Origin: Candidatus Aldehydirespirator sp. | GTDB taxonomy: Bacteria > Actinomycetota > Acidimicrobiia > Acidimicrobiales > Aldehydirespiratoraceae | Direction of reading: 5' to 3' | Assembly: GCA_965248735.1 (NCBI GenBank) | Contig: OZ252146.1 | Span: 4,120,756 to 4,184,755, forward strand | DNA length: 64,000 nt | Part shown: in pieces, positions 41,249 through 50,031 of the stretch | How positions within the stretch are numbered: position 1 is the stretch's first letter | How the letters are laid out: each line of letters starts with the position of its first letter | Program-made: the position numbers and the translations under genes | Notes under the pieces: model-generated | What the model saw: the letters and a program-made list of their open reading frames with translations, nothing else | Told to the model about the DNA's origin: nothing | The model's database searches: none

Positions 41249-42796
41249 ATGGCGTTCGTGGCTGGTCTGCGCTCCGATCTCGGCCCAGCCGGGGTTCTCA
41301 CCGGATCCGATGCCGCGCCGTACTTGACCGATCAGCGGGGCTCGTTCACGGGGGAAGCCCTGGCCGTGGTGCGCCCGGCCTCGGTCGACGAGACCGTGCT
41401 GGTGGTGCGGGCGTGCGCGTCGACCGGCGCGGCCATCGTGCCCCAAGGAGGAAACACGGGGATGTCCGGCGGCGCGGTCCCGGCCGTGGCGGGCCGCTTC
41501 GATGCCCCGGCCCTTCCAGACACCGGTGATGACGGCGACAGACGGGGCTCGCCGCGGCCGTCGATCGTGCTGTCGATGAGCCGCATGAGCCGGATCGTGT
41601 CAGTGGACCCCGACCGCTGGACAATCACCGCCGAGGCCGGCGCCACCATCGAGGCGGTGCAGCAGGCCGCCGCCGCGGCCAACCGCCTGTTCGGGCCCGA
41701 CTGGGGGGCGCGGGGCACCGCCACCATCGAGGCGGTGCAGCAGGCCGCCGCCGCGGCCAACCGCCTGTTCGGGCCCGACTGGGGGGCGCGGGGCACCGCC
41801 ACCGTCGGCGGGGCCGTCTCCACCGACGCGGGCGGCAACAACGTGGTGCGCTACGGCACCATGCGCGACCACGTGCTTGGCATCGAGGCGGTGCTGGCCG
41901 ACGGGCGGGTGTGGAACGGCCTGCGGGCGCTGCGCAAGGACTCGTCGGGCTACGACCTCAAGCAGCTCTTCATCGGTGCTGAGGGCACCCTGGGAGTGGT
42001 GACCCGGGCGGTGCTGCGGCTGCATCCGGCCACACCACACACCCAGAGCGCCCTCGCCGCCATCTCCGGGCTTGACCGGCTGATGCCTCTGTTGGAGCTG
42101 GCCATGGCCCGCTGCGGCGGCGACGTGACCGCATTCGAGCTCAAACCCGAGGTGGGCCTGGAGCGGGTGTGCGAGAAGTTCGCGCTGGCCCGGCCGCTGG
42201 TGACCCGCGAGGAGTTCTGCGTGCTGGTGCGGCTGGCCTCGGCCGAGCCGGTGTCCGAGCGGCTCGGAGCGTTCCTGGCCGAGGCGTCCGAGCGGGGGTG
42301 GGTCAGCGACGCGGCCATGGCGGTGACCGAGGAGCAGGAGACTCGGCTGTGGACCATCCGCGACGAGTTGTCGCCCATGTTCCTATGGCCGCAGCACGAG
42401 CACGGCGTCAAGCTCGACACCGCCGTGCCCATCGACAGCTTCGGCGCCTACCACGACGTGGTCCGGCAGATCGCGTCCGAGTTGGCCCCAGGTGCGCTGA
42501 CCTACGGGTTCGGCCATGTCGGCGACGGCAACCTGCACATGTACGTCCTGCCGACCAGCGACGATCAGATGGCGCCGTTCCTAGCCGTGCGCGAAGAACT
42601 GCGGGAGCGAATCGACGAGGCCACCTTCGCCTTCGGCGGCACCCTCAGCGCCGAGCACGGCATCGGCCAGCTCCTGCGCAGACGGATTCTGCGCCAGAAG
42701 CCCGAGATCGAGTGGGAGATGATGCGAGCAGTCAAGGACGCCCTCGACCCCCAAGGCATCATGAACCCCCACAAGACCCTTCCCACCCAGCACTGA
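41249..42796 (+). CDS. FAD-binding oxidoreductase (D-2-hydroxyacid dehydrogenase family)
   Basis: PQGGNTGMSGG, TDAGGNNVVRYG, GAEGTLGV, FGHVGDGNLH, SAEHGIG motifs; contains a 26-aa duplication. Confidence 0.9.
   Translation: MAFVAGLRSDLGPAGVLTGSDAAPYLTDQRGSFTGEALAVVRPASVDETVLVVRACASTGAAIVPQGGNTGMSGGAVPAVAGRFDAPALPDTGDDGDRRGSPRPSIVLSMSRMSRIVSVDPDRWTITAEAGATIEAVQQAAAAANRLFGPDWGARGTATIEAVQQAAAAANRLFGPDWGARGTATVGGAVSTDAGGNNVVRYGTMRDHVLGIEAVLADGRVWNGLRALRKDSSGYDLKQLFIGAEGTLGVVTRAVLRLHPATPHTQSALAAISGLDRLMPLLELAMARCGGDVTAFELKPEVGLERVCEKFALARPLVTREEFCVLVRLASAEPVSERLGAFLAEASERGWVSDAAMAVTEEQETRLWTIRDELSPMFLWPQHEHGVKLDTAVPIDSFGAYHDVVRQIASELAPGALTYGFGHVGDGNLHMYVLPTSDDQMAPFLAVREELRERIDEATFAFGGTLSAEHGIGQLLRRRILRQKPEIEWEMMRAVKDALDPQGIMNPHKTLPTQH
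41642..41797 (+). repeat. Exact 78-bp in-frame tandem duplication
   Basis: 41642-41719 equals 41720-41797; bounded by CGCCACC microhomology. Confidence 0.95.
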
Positions 42797-42872
42797 GAGC
42801 CGTGCAGGCTTTCGATCGCCCGTGTTCGTGCTGACGGCTGGACGAGGCGCCGTGGCCCATCGCTGGTGATCG

Positions 42873-43283
42873 CTACTGCGGAATGTCGATGCTCCGGGGC
42901 AGGATGAACTCGTACCGGCTATCAGGGCCGAACAGCACAAACTCCCCGAGTCTCAGTACATCTAGCCCGATCAGGATCTCTGCTCCCAAGCCCTGCGGAA
43001 CAGCCTGAGCACGGACTGATATCGGATCCGGCGGTCGATCCTGCCGCCAGTCAAGCTGCAACGAGAGGTAGTGCACGGCGCTCCTGCTCTCACCCGACGC
43101 CGCGTGCAGTGTCGTATACGCCACCGGCTCAAGCAGCATCGCTCGGGCGGTTCTCTCGCTGATGCAAGTCCGCATGGCGGCCGAGTCGATGATGCCCCGA
43201 ACGCGCTGCGGGGACGGCACCATACGTCCCTGCAGACGGTACCGCTCTACCTCATCCGGGTGAAGGCGTACCTCCACGTCCAT
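42873..43283 (-). CDS. Retropepsin-like (clan AA) aspartyl protease-fold protein
   Basis: IIDSAAMRTCIS resembles the xIDTGAxxT motif; C-terminal ILIGLDVL; start uncertain (frame open to 43391). Confidence 0.6.
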   Translation of the reverse strand: MDVEVRLHPDEVERYRLQGRMVPSPQRVRGIIDSAAMRTCISERTARAMLLEPVAYTTLHAASGESRSAVHYLSLQLDWRQDRPPDPISVRAQAVPQGLGAEILIGLDVLRLGEFVLFGPDSRYEFILPRSIDIPQ

Positions 43284-43332
43284 GACCGCACCCCGGGATT
43301 CGATGCGTCCGATGATTCGAGAGTAGCCAGTT

Positions 43333-43608
43333 TCATAGGAGATAACTGGATAGTACTGCCTGCCCGATGGTGACCACGCGATCCTTCTCAAGGACCTCCT
43401 TGATCAGGAAGCGTCTGCCGATCCTGCTCCCGAAACCGGCGGAGCAGGCCTGGTGCTCATCGTCGAAGCAGCCGACGAACTCGGCACGGCGGCGCTTGTC
43501 GCGGGGCTGCACGAACACCGCCCAGCGTCCCTCATCCGTCACGAGCAAATCGGCGCGGCGTTTCGAAAAGGCTGCCTCCAGCTTGTCAAGGACGGGATCG
43601 GGAGCCAT
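43333..43608 (-). CDS. Small hypothetical protein resembling DUF5678-type partners of aspartyl proteases
   Basis: 91 aa; EGRWAVF...VGCFDDEHQA...FLIKEV pattern; directly upstream of the protease. Confidence 0.55.
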   Translation of the reverse strand: MAPDPVLDKLEAAFSKRRADLLVTDEGRWAVFVQPRDKRRRAEFVGCFDDEHQACSAGFGSRIGRRFLIKEVLEKDRVVTIGQAVLSSYLL

Positions 43609-43670
43609 GCCGCATTATGGCACGGTTTACGAGACTGAGTGGTGGATTATTTCAATAACTTTCGATATGT

Positions 43671-45155
43671 CTAGGACAGCCAATTGATGGCTTGGATCTC
43701 GGTGTAGGCCTCCACGCCCCACTTGCCCCGGTCGCGGCCGATGCCCGACATCTTGAAGCCTCCGAAGGGGGCGTACATGTGGGGCTGCACCGTGTTGAGG
43801 GCCACATTGCCGGACTCCAGGCGGCAGCCGATCTCATAGGCCCGCTTGGCGTCGCCTGCGTAGACGTAGGAGAACAGCCCGAAGGACGAGTCGTTGGCCA
43901 ACGCCACCGCCTCGTCGTCTCCGTCGTGGGGCATCACCACCACTACCGGCCCGAACGCCTCGTCGCGGACCACGGCCATGTCGGGGGTCACGTCCACCAG
44001 CAGCGTGGGCGCCACGAAGTAGCCGGGCAGGTCGGGGCGCTCGCCGCCGCACACGGCCGTGGCCCCGACGTCGACCCCGCCGGCGATGAAGTCCTCAACC
44101 CGGTCGCGGTGGGTCTCGGTGATCACCGGGCCGACGATGGTGCCCTCCTCGCGGCCGTCGCCCACCTTCATGAACCCAGCGAACGTCTTGAGGGTGTTCA
44201 CCGTCTGCTCGTAGAGGCTCCGGTGGCAGATCACCCGGGTGGGGGCGGTGCAGATCTGGCCCGAGTGGAGCCCCCAGGTGGTGGCGATGCCCATGCAGGC
44301 CGCGTTCACGTCGGCGTCCTCGGTCATCACCAGCGCGCCCTTGCCGCCAAGCTCCATCAGCACCCGCTTCATGGTGGCCGCCCCGTCGGCGTAGATGCGC
44401 GCCCCCACCTCGGTGGAACCGGTGAACGACACCATGTTCACGTCGGTGGAGGCCACTAGGGCGGCAGGCGCATCCGGCCCGGAGCCGGTGACGATGTTGA
44501 CCACGCCGTCGCCGAGACCGGCCTCGGCCACCGCCTCCCCGAGCAGCAGCACGCCCAGCGGGTCCTGGGGGGCGGGCTTGATCACCACCGTGTTGCCCGC
44601 AGCCAGCGCCGGAGCGATCTTGCCGGCCACGTTCACCAGCGGCATGTTGTAGGGGGTGATGCAGGCCACCACCCCAACCGGATGGCGTCGCACCGTGGCC
44701 GCCAGCAGTCCGGCTGGCCCCAGTGCCCCCTTCTCCGCCGGCATGGGCGTCACGTTCTCGTCGAGGTTGAACGGGCGGGAGTAGTAGCGGAACCGTTCGA
44801 TCATGGGCCCGCCGACCTGCAGGCTCGTGGCGATGGAGGTGACCGAGCCGGTCTCGGCCTGCACCAGCCGGAGCCACGAGGGGGCCATCCGCTCGATCAC
44901 ATCGGCTAGGCGGGCAAGGCGGCTGCCCCGCTCCTCAGGACTCAGAGCCCGCCACCTCGCCCGAGCGTCGCGAGCCGCCCTGGCTGCGTCGGCAGCCTGG
45001 CCCGCGGTTGCTTCGGGAGCATGGCCCACCACGGTGCCGTCGTTGGGGTCGATGATGGGATAGGTCCCCGCGCCGGGATCCACCCACTCCCCGCCGATCA
45101 AGAGCTTCCAGGCCCGGTCGGTGTCAATCCGGGAGTCGTCGCTACTGTGGTGCAC
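43671..45155 (-). CDS. Aldehyde dehydrogenase
   Basis: ITPYN, FTGST, ELGGK, GQICT, EAFGPV, PFGGFKMSG motifs. Confidence 0.95.
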   Translation of the reverse strand: MHHSSDDSRIDTDRAWKLLIGGEWVDPGAGTYPIIDPNDGTVVGHAPEATAGQAADAARAARDARARWRALSPEERGSRLARLADVIERMAPSWLRLVQAETGSVTSIATSLQVGGPMIERFRYYSRPFNLDENVTPMPAEKGALGPAGLLAATVRRHPVGVVACITPYNMPLVNVAGKIAPALAAGNTVVIKPAPQDPLGVLLLGEAVAEAGLGDGVVNIVTGSGPDAPAALVASTDVNMVSFTGSTEVGARIYADGAATMKRVLMELGGKGALVMTEDADVNAACMGIATTWGLHSGQICTAPTRVICHRSLYEQTVNTLKTFAGFMKVGDGREEGTIVGPVITETHRDRVEDFIAGGVDVGATAVCGGERPDLPGYFVAPTLLVDVTPDMAVVRDEAFGPVVVVMPHDGDDEAVALANDSSFGLFSYVYAGDAKRAYEIGCRLESGNVALNTVQPHMYAPFGGFKMSGIGRDRGKWGVEAYTEIQAINWLS

Positions 45156-45221
45156 CGCGCGAGCCTATGCAGGCTGCATCGAACCAGTGAAACCCCACCA
45201 TCCAACCCGCAAGGAGCCGTC

Positions 45222-46424
45222 ATGGTTGAAGCCGTCATCGTCGCCACCGCCCGCACGCCCGTCGGCCGGGCCAACAAGGGATCGCTCGCCGAGGTGCGGC
45301 CCGACGACATGTCGGCATTCATCATCGGCGACGTGCTGTCCAAGGTCCCCGGACTCGACCCCGCCGATATCGAGGACGTGATGTGGGGCATCGGCCAGCC
45401 CGGCGGCGAGGGCGGCTACAACATCGCCCGGGTGGCCTCGATCCTGTCCGGGGTCAACGCTCCCGGTGTGACCGTCAACCGCTACTGCTCGTCGTCTCTG
45501 CAGACCGTGCGGATGGCCGCCCACGCCATCAAGGCCGGCGAGGGCGACTGCTTCGTGGCGGGAGGCGTAGAGACCGTTTCCCGCTACATCAGCGGCGCCG
45601 CCGACAGCGGCCCCCACAACGACCAGTTCGCGGGCGCCGAGGGCCGCAGCGCGGAGCGCACCGCCGAGGGCTCCGAGGCTTGGGCCCCGCCGCAGGGCCT
45701 GCCCGACATCTACATCGCCATGGGCCAGACCGCGGAGAACGTGGCCCAGCTCAAGGGCGTGTCCCGCCAGGCCCAGGACGAGTGGGGCGTGCTGTCCCAG
45801 AACCGGGCCGAGGCGGCCCGCAACCGGGGCTTCTTCGAGCGCGAGATCACCCCCTACCCGCTGGACGACGGCTCCGAGGTGCGCCACGACGACGGCATCC
45901 GCGAGGGCACCACCCTGGAGGGCGTGTCCCAGCTGCGCCCGGTGTTCCGCTCCGACGGCACCGTCACCGCCGGCAACTGCTGCCCCCTCAACGACGGCGC
46001 AGCCGCGGTGGTGGTGATGTCCGACGCCAAGGCGGCCGCGGTGGGTGCGACCCCGCTGGCCCGCATCGTGGCCACCGGCGTGTCCGCGCTCAATCCCGAG
46101 ATCATGGGTCTCGGCCCCGTCGACGCCTGCCGCCAGGCCCTGGGCCGGGCCGGCCTGACCATCGACGACATCGACCATGTGGAGATCAACGAGGCCTTCG
46201 CGGCCCAGGTGCTGCCGTCGGCCGACGACCTGGGCATCGGCTACGACAAGCTCAACCCCAACGGCGGGTCGATCGCTCTGGGCCATCCCTTCGGCATGAC
46301 CGGGTCGCGCATCATGTGCACCCTGCTCAACGGCCTCGAGGACGCCGACAAGACCATCGGATTGGAGTCGATGTGCGTGGGCGGCGGCCAGGGCATGGCC
46401 ATGATCGTCGAGCGCCTCAGCTGA
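45222..46424 (+). CDS. Acetyl-CoA C-acyltransferase (thiolase)
   Basis: NRYCSSS, NEAFA, GHPFGMTG, CVGGGQG motifs; AAGGAG RBS before ATG 45222. Confidence 0.95.
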   Translation: MVEAVIVATARTPVGRANKGSLAEVRPDDMSAFIIGDVLSKVPGLDPADIEDVMWGIGQPGGEGGYNIARVASILSGVNAPGVTVNRYCSSSLQTVRMAAHAIKAGEGDCFVAGGVETVSRYISGAADSGPHNDQFAGAEGRSAERTAEGSEAWAPPQGLPDIYIAMGQTAENVAQLKGVSRQAQDEWGVLSQNRAEAARNRGFFEREITPYPLDDGSEVRHDDGIREGTTLEGVSQLRPVFRSDGTVTAGNCCPLNDGAAAVVVMSDAKAAAVGATPLARIVATGVSALNPEIMGLGPVDACRQALGRAGLTIDDIDHVEINEAFAAQVLPSADDLGIGYDKLNPNGGSIALGHPFGMTGSRIMCTLLNGLEDADKTIGLESMCVGGGQGMAMIVERLS

Positions 46425-46626
46425 CAGCGGGACACCCCTGCGGCCGCGCTGAGGTGCCTTGGCACCGTCAACCTCGACCGTCACCGGTGGCGGAGGATGA
46501 GTACCCTCGGCGTGCTGTGATCGAGCCTTCCATGACAGCGGAGTCCGCCCCGACTGGCGGGCAACTCCACCGGGCCGTCCCTCAATTGGCCTGCCGTGTG
46601 GACGCGGCGACCTCGGCAGGGGTGGT

Positions 46627-48645
46627 ATGAGCGGCGCGGCGATCAAGAACCACGCCGGGTTCATCTGGTCGGTGGCGGACCTGCTGCGGGGCGTGTACAA
46701 GCAGTCCGAGTACGGCCGGGTGATCCTGCCGTTGACAGTGCTGCGCCGGCTGGACTGCGTGCTGGAGCCGACCAAGGCCGAGGTGCTGGAGACCATGGCG
46801 GACCTGCCCGAGACGCTGCGCAACCGCGAGCCGCTGCTGCAGCAGGTGGCCGGGCAGCCGTTCGTGAACATGTCCCGGCATACGTTCCACACGCTGCTGG
46901 GCGATCCCAACAACGTGGCCGGGAACCTGCGCAACTACATCGCTGGGTTCTCGGAGTCGGCGCGCGACATCGTGGACAAGTTCAACTTCGACGTGCAGAT
47001 CGACCGTCTCGACGACCACAACCTGCTGTATCTGGTGGTGTCGAAGTTCGCGGAGATCGACTTGAGCCCCGCCGCGGTGTCAAACCTGGAGATGGGGTAC
47101 CTGTACGAGGAGCTGATCCGGAAGTTCTCGGAGCTGTCCAATGAGACCGCGGGCGAGCATTTCACGCCCCGCGAGGTGATCCGGCTGATGGTGAATCTGC
47201 TGTTCGCGGACGATGACGAGTTGCTGACTCGGCCGGGCGTGCTGAAGACGCTGCTGGATCCGGCGTGCGGCACCGGCGGGATGCTGTCGGTGGCCGAGGA
47301 CTACCTGCGCGAGCTCAACCCGCAGGCCCGGCTGCTGGTGTTCGGCCAGGAGGTGAACGCCGAGACGTACGCCACCTGCCGCGCCGACATGCTGATCAAG
47401 GGCGCCGACGCCGACAACATCGGCTTCGGCAACAGCTTCGACGACGACCGCCACGAGGGCCGGCGCTTCGACTACCTGCTGGCCAACCCGCCGTTCGGGG
47501 TGGAGTGGAAGATGGTGGCCGACACGATCCGCGACGAGCACGCCGCCCAGGGCTTCGCGGGCCGTTTCGGGGCGGGGCTGCCCCGCATCAACGACGGCAG
47601 CTTCCTGTTCCTGCAGCACATGATCTCCAAGATGAGGCGCCCCGAGGAGGGCGGCGCCCGGCTGGCGATCGTGTTCAACGGATCGCCGCTGTTCACCGGC
47701 GCGGCCGGCTCGGGCGAGTCGGAGATCCGCCGCTGGATCATCGAGAGCGACATGCTCGAAGCGGTCGTCGCCCTGCCCGACCAGCTGTTCTACAACACCG
47801 GCATCTCCACCTACTTCTGGGTGGTCACCAACCGCAAGGCGCCCCGCCGCCGGGGCAGGGTGCAGCTCATCGACGCCCGCGACAGCTTCACCAAGATGCG
47901 CAAGAGCCTCGGCCAGAAGCGCAAAGAGATCTCCACCGAGCAGATTGACGACATCACCCGCCTCTACGGCGCCTTCGAGGAGAGCCCCCGGGTCAAGATC
48001 TTCCCCAACGAGTCGTTCGGGTTCCTGCGCATCACCGTGGAGAGGCCCCTGCAACTGCGCTGGGAGATCACCGACGACACCCTCGCCGCCGTCGAGGCCG
48101 ACAAGAAGGTCGCCAAGCTCGATCATCCGCAGCGCGACGCCCTGCTCGAAGCACTGGGACGTTGCCGAGGCAGCCAGTACGCCACCGACAAGTCAGCCAA
48201 GGCAGCAGTGCAGGAAGCACTCACCTCGACCGACGCCGACACACCCGCGGCCCTCATCAAAGCCGTGACCGACGCCCTAGCCGTGCGAGACCCAGAGGCC
48301 CCCGTCATCACCGACCGGGCCGGCAACCCCAAACCCGACCCCGACCTCCGCGACAACGAGAACGTCCCGCTGCCCCAAATGAGCGTCGCCTACGAGCCCG
48401 ACCCCACCGCCCGCCTCGAAACCATCGAGTACCGCACAGCCGTCGACGACTACGTCGAGACCGAAGTACACCCCTACGTCCCCGACGCCTGGCCCGACCC
48501 CGACAAGACCAAGATCGGCTACGAGATCCCCCTAACCCGCCACTTCTACACCTACACCCCACCCCGCCCCCTCCACGAAATCGACGCCGAAATCAAGGCG
48601 CTAGAGACCGAGATACAAGAACTCTTGGAACAGTTAACTCAATGA
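46627..48645 (+). CDS. hsdM: Type I R-M system methyltransferase subunit
   Basis: GEHFTPREVI, LDPACGTGG, ANPPF (m6A), FYNTGI motifs. Confidence 0.95.
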   Translation: MSGAAIKNHAGFIWSVADLLRGVYKQSEYGRVILPLTVLRRLDCVLEPTKAEVLETMADLPETLRNREPLLQQVAGQPFVNMSRHTFHTLLGDPNNVAGNLRNYIAGFSESARDIVDKFNFDVQIDRLDDHNLLYLVVSKFAEIDLSPAAVSNLEMGYLYEELIRKFSELSNETAGEHFTPREVIRLMVNLLFADDDELLTRPGVLKTLLDPACGTGGMLSVAEDYLRELNPQARLLVFGQEVNAETYATCRADMLIKGADADNIGFGNSFDDDRHEGRRFDYLLANPPFGVEWKMVADTIRDEHAAQGFAGRFGAGLPRINDGSFLFLQHMISKMRRPEEGGARLAIVFNGSPLFTGAAGSGESEIRRWIIESDMLEAVVALPDQLFYNTGISTYFWVVTNRKAPRRRGRVQLIDARDSFTKMRKSLGQKRKEISTEQIDDITRLYGAFEESPRVKIFPNESFGFLRITVERPLQLRWEITDDTLAAVEADKKVAKLDHPQRDALLEALGRCRGSQYATDKSAKAAVQEALTSTDADTPAALIKAVTDALAVRDPEAPVITDRAGNPKPDPDLRDNENVPLPQMSVAYEPDPTARLETIEYRTAVDDYVETEVHPYVPDAWPDPDKTKIGYEIPLTRHFYTYTPPRPLHEIDAEIKALETEIQELLEQLTQ

Positions 48646-49898
48646 GCGCTTGGAGATGGACGCGCCTAAAGCACCTGGCATCGGGAGCCATCAGAAATGG
48701 CGTCGGTGAACCGGGAGCCTTCGACAACCCTGAATGGCCTAGATACGTTCGAACGACTGATATTGCTGGACCACGCCAACTCAGGGAGGATACATTTGCT
48801 TCACTTCCTCCCAACATTGCAGCTAGGGCTGATCTTCAGCGTGGAGATCTTGTTATGACCGCAGCCGGAGCGACAATCGGTAAGTCGCTGCTCTACGATT
48901 CGGAAGCGCCTGCCTGTTATGCTGGCTATCTCGTACGATTCCGGCCCCGCGCCGATGTTGATATTCGGTTTGTCTCCTACTGGACCGAGTCAAGGCCGTA
49001 TTGGGAGCAACTCGACGCTGGGCGAGTCGTTTCAACCATAGAGAACTTCAACGCATCAAAGTACCGCAATCTGAGGATTCGTGTTCCAGCTACTAACGAA
49101 CAGCGTGCGATAGCTGACTATCTAGATGCCGAAACCGCTCGCATCGACGCCCTCATCTCTAAGAAACGCAGAATGCTTGAACTCTTGGCAGAACGCCGTC
49201 GTGCCTTCGCTATCGCCTTCACCACTGGGGAAGGATGCGGGGATGACTGGACTCCTGGCCCATATTGGCTTAGCCCTGTCCCTCGAACCTGGCAGCCATA
49301 TAAGATTGCTTGGCATAAACGAACGGCGAGTGGGACCACGCCTGACAGTGGTAACTCGTCGTACTATGACGACACTATGGGAGTTCCTTGGGTTACAACA
49401 TCTGAATTACGTGAAACAACGATTCGTGACGCTGCTCGTCGAGTCACGAGCGCTGCCCTCCAGCGATACTCCGCGCTCAAGGTACTACCTGTTGGGGCAG
49501 TACTGATTGCGATGTATGGCGCGACAGTGGGTCGCTTAGGAGTACTGGGGACATCAGCAACGACGAACCAAGCGTGTTGCGCAGTGTATGACGCTGGCGC
49601 CCTTGATCAGCGTTTCCTCTATTGGTGGTTCTGGGCAAACAGAGAGCATCTCATCTCGATGGCATACGGCGCTGGTCAACCGAATATCAGCCAAGATCTG
49701 ATTCGTAGCCTACGCATTCCGGCTCCCGAAATAGGGGAGCAGCGAGAAATCGCGGATCGTATCGAACACGAGGCAGCTCGGATTGAGCGAATTGCGTCTA
49801 AGTTGACCCGTCTTATCGACCTCCTCACCGAGCGGCGACAAACGTTGATTACGGCTGTCTTGACCAGCGAGATGGCGGTGCCTGGGGTGACAGCCTGA
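48642..49898 (+). CDS. hsdS: Type I R-M system specificity subunit
   Basis: ATGA overlap with hsdM; two TRDs each followed by a conserved helix (EQRAIADYLD, EQREIADRIE). Confidence 0.93.
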   Translation: MSAWRWTRLKHLASGAIRNGVGEPGAFDNPEWPRYVRTTDIAGPRQLREDTFASLPPNIAARADLQRGDLVMTAAGATIGKSLLYDSEAPACYAGYLVRFRPRADVDIRFVSYWTESRPYWEQLDAGRVVSTIENFNASKYRNLRIRVPATNEQRAIADYLDAETARIDALISKKRRMLELLAERRRAFAIAFTTGEGCGDDWTPGPYWLSPVPRTWQPYKIAWHKRTASGTTPDSGNSSYYDDTMGVPWVTTSELRETTIRDAARRVTSAALQRYSALKVLPVGAVLIAMYGATVGRLGVLGTSATTNQACCAVYDAGALDQRFLYWWFWANREHLISMAYGAGQPNISQDLIRSLRIPAPEIGEQREIADRIEHEAARIERIASKLTRLIDLLTERRQTLITAVLTSEMAVPGVTA

Positions 49899-49933
49899 AC
49901 ATTCTCTCCGAGGCGATGTTCGAGGCGCATATT
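49895..49933 (+). pseudogene. Remnant hsdR 5' end / left 26-bp direct repeat
   Basis: 49908-49933 CCGAGGCGATGTTCGAGGCGCATATT matches 62183-62208 at 24/26. CTG at 49895 overlaps the hsdS stop and is in frame, at the same 15-nt distance to GAG as the real hsdR GTG. Confidence 0.75.
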
Positions 49934-50031
49934 GCCGTTACGATGGCCCGCAGGCCCAAGCCAGTATTTTCGAATTAGTCCCTTGCGGACTTCCACAGAT
50001 CCTCGTTGAGGCCTTCCACAAGCGGGTGCCC

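Noticed and set aside
46425-46626. tRNA or att site at the left edge of the R-M region
   Set aside because: Only short GC hairpins; no cloverleaf and no matching repeat within the window.
49676-49996. 106-aa minus-strand ORF at the island boundary
   Set aside because: Mostly antisense to hsdS and spans the junction; no credible family.
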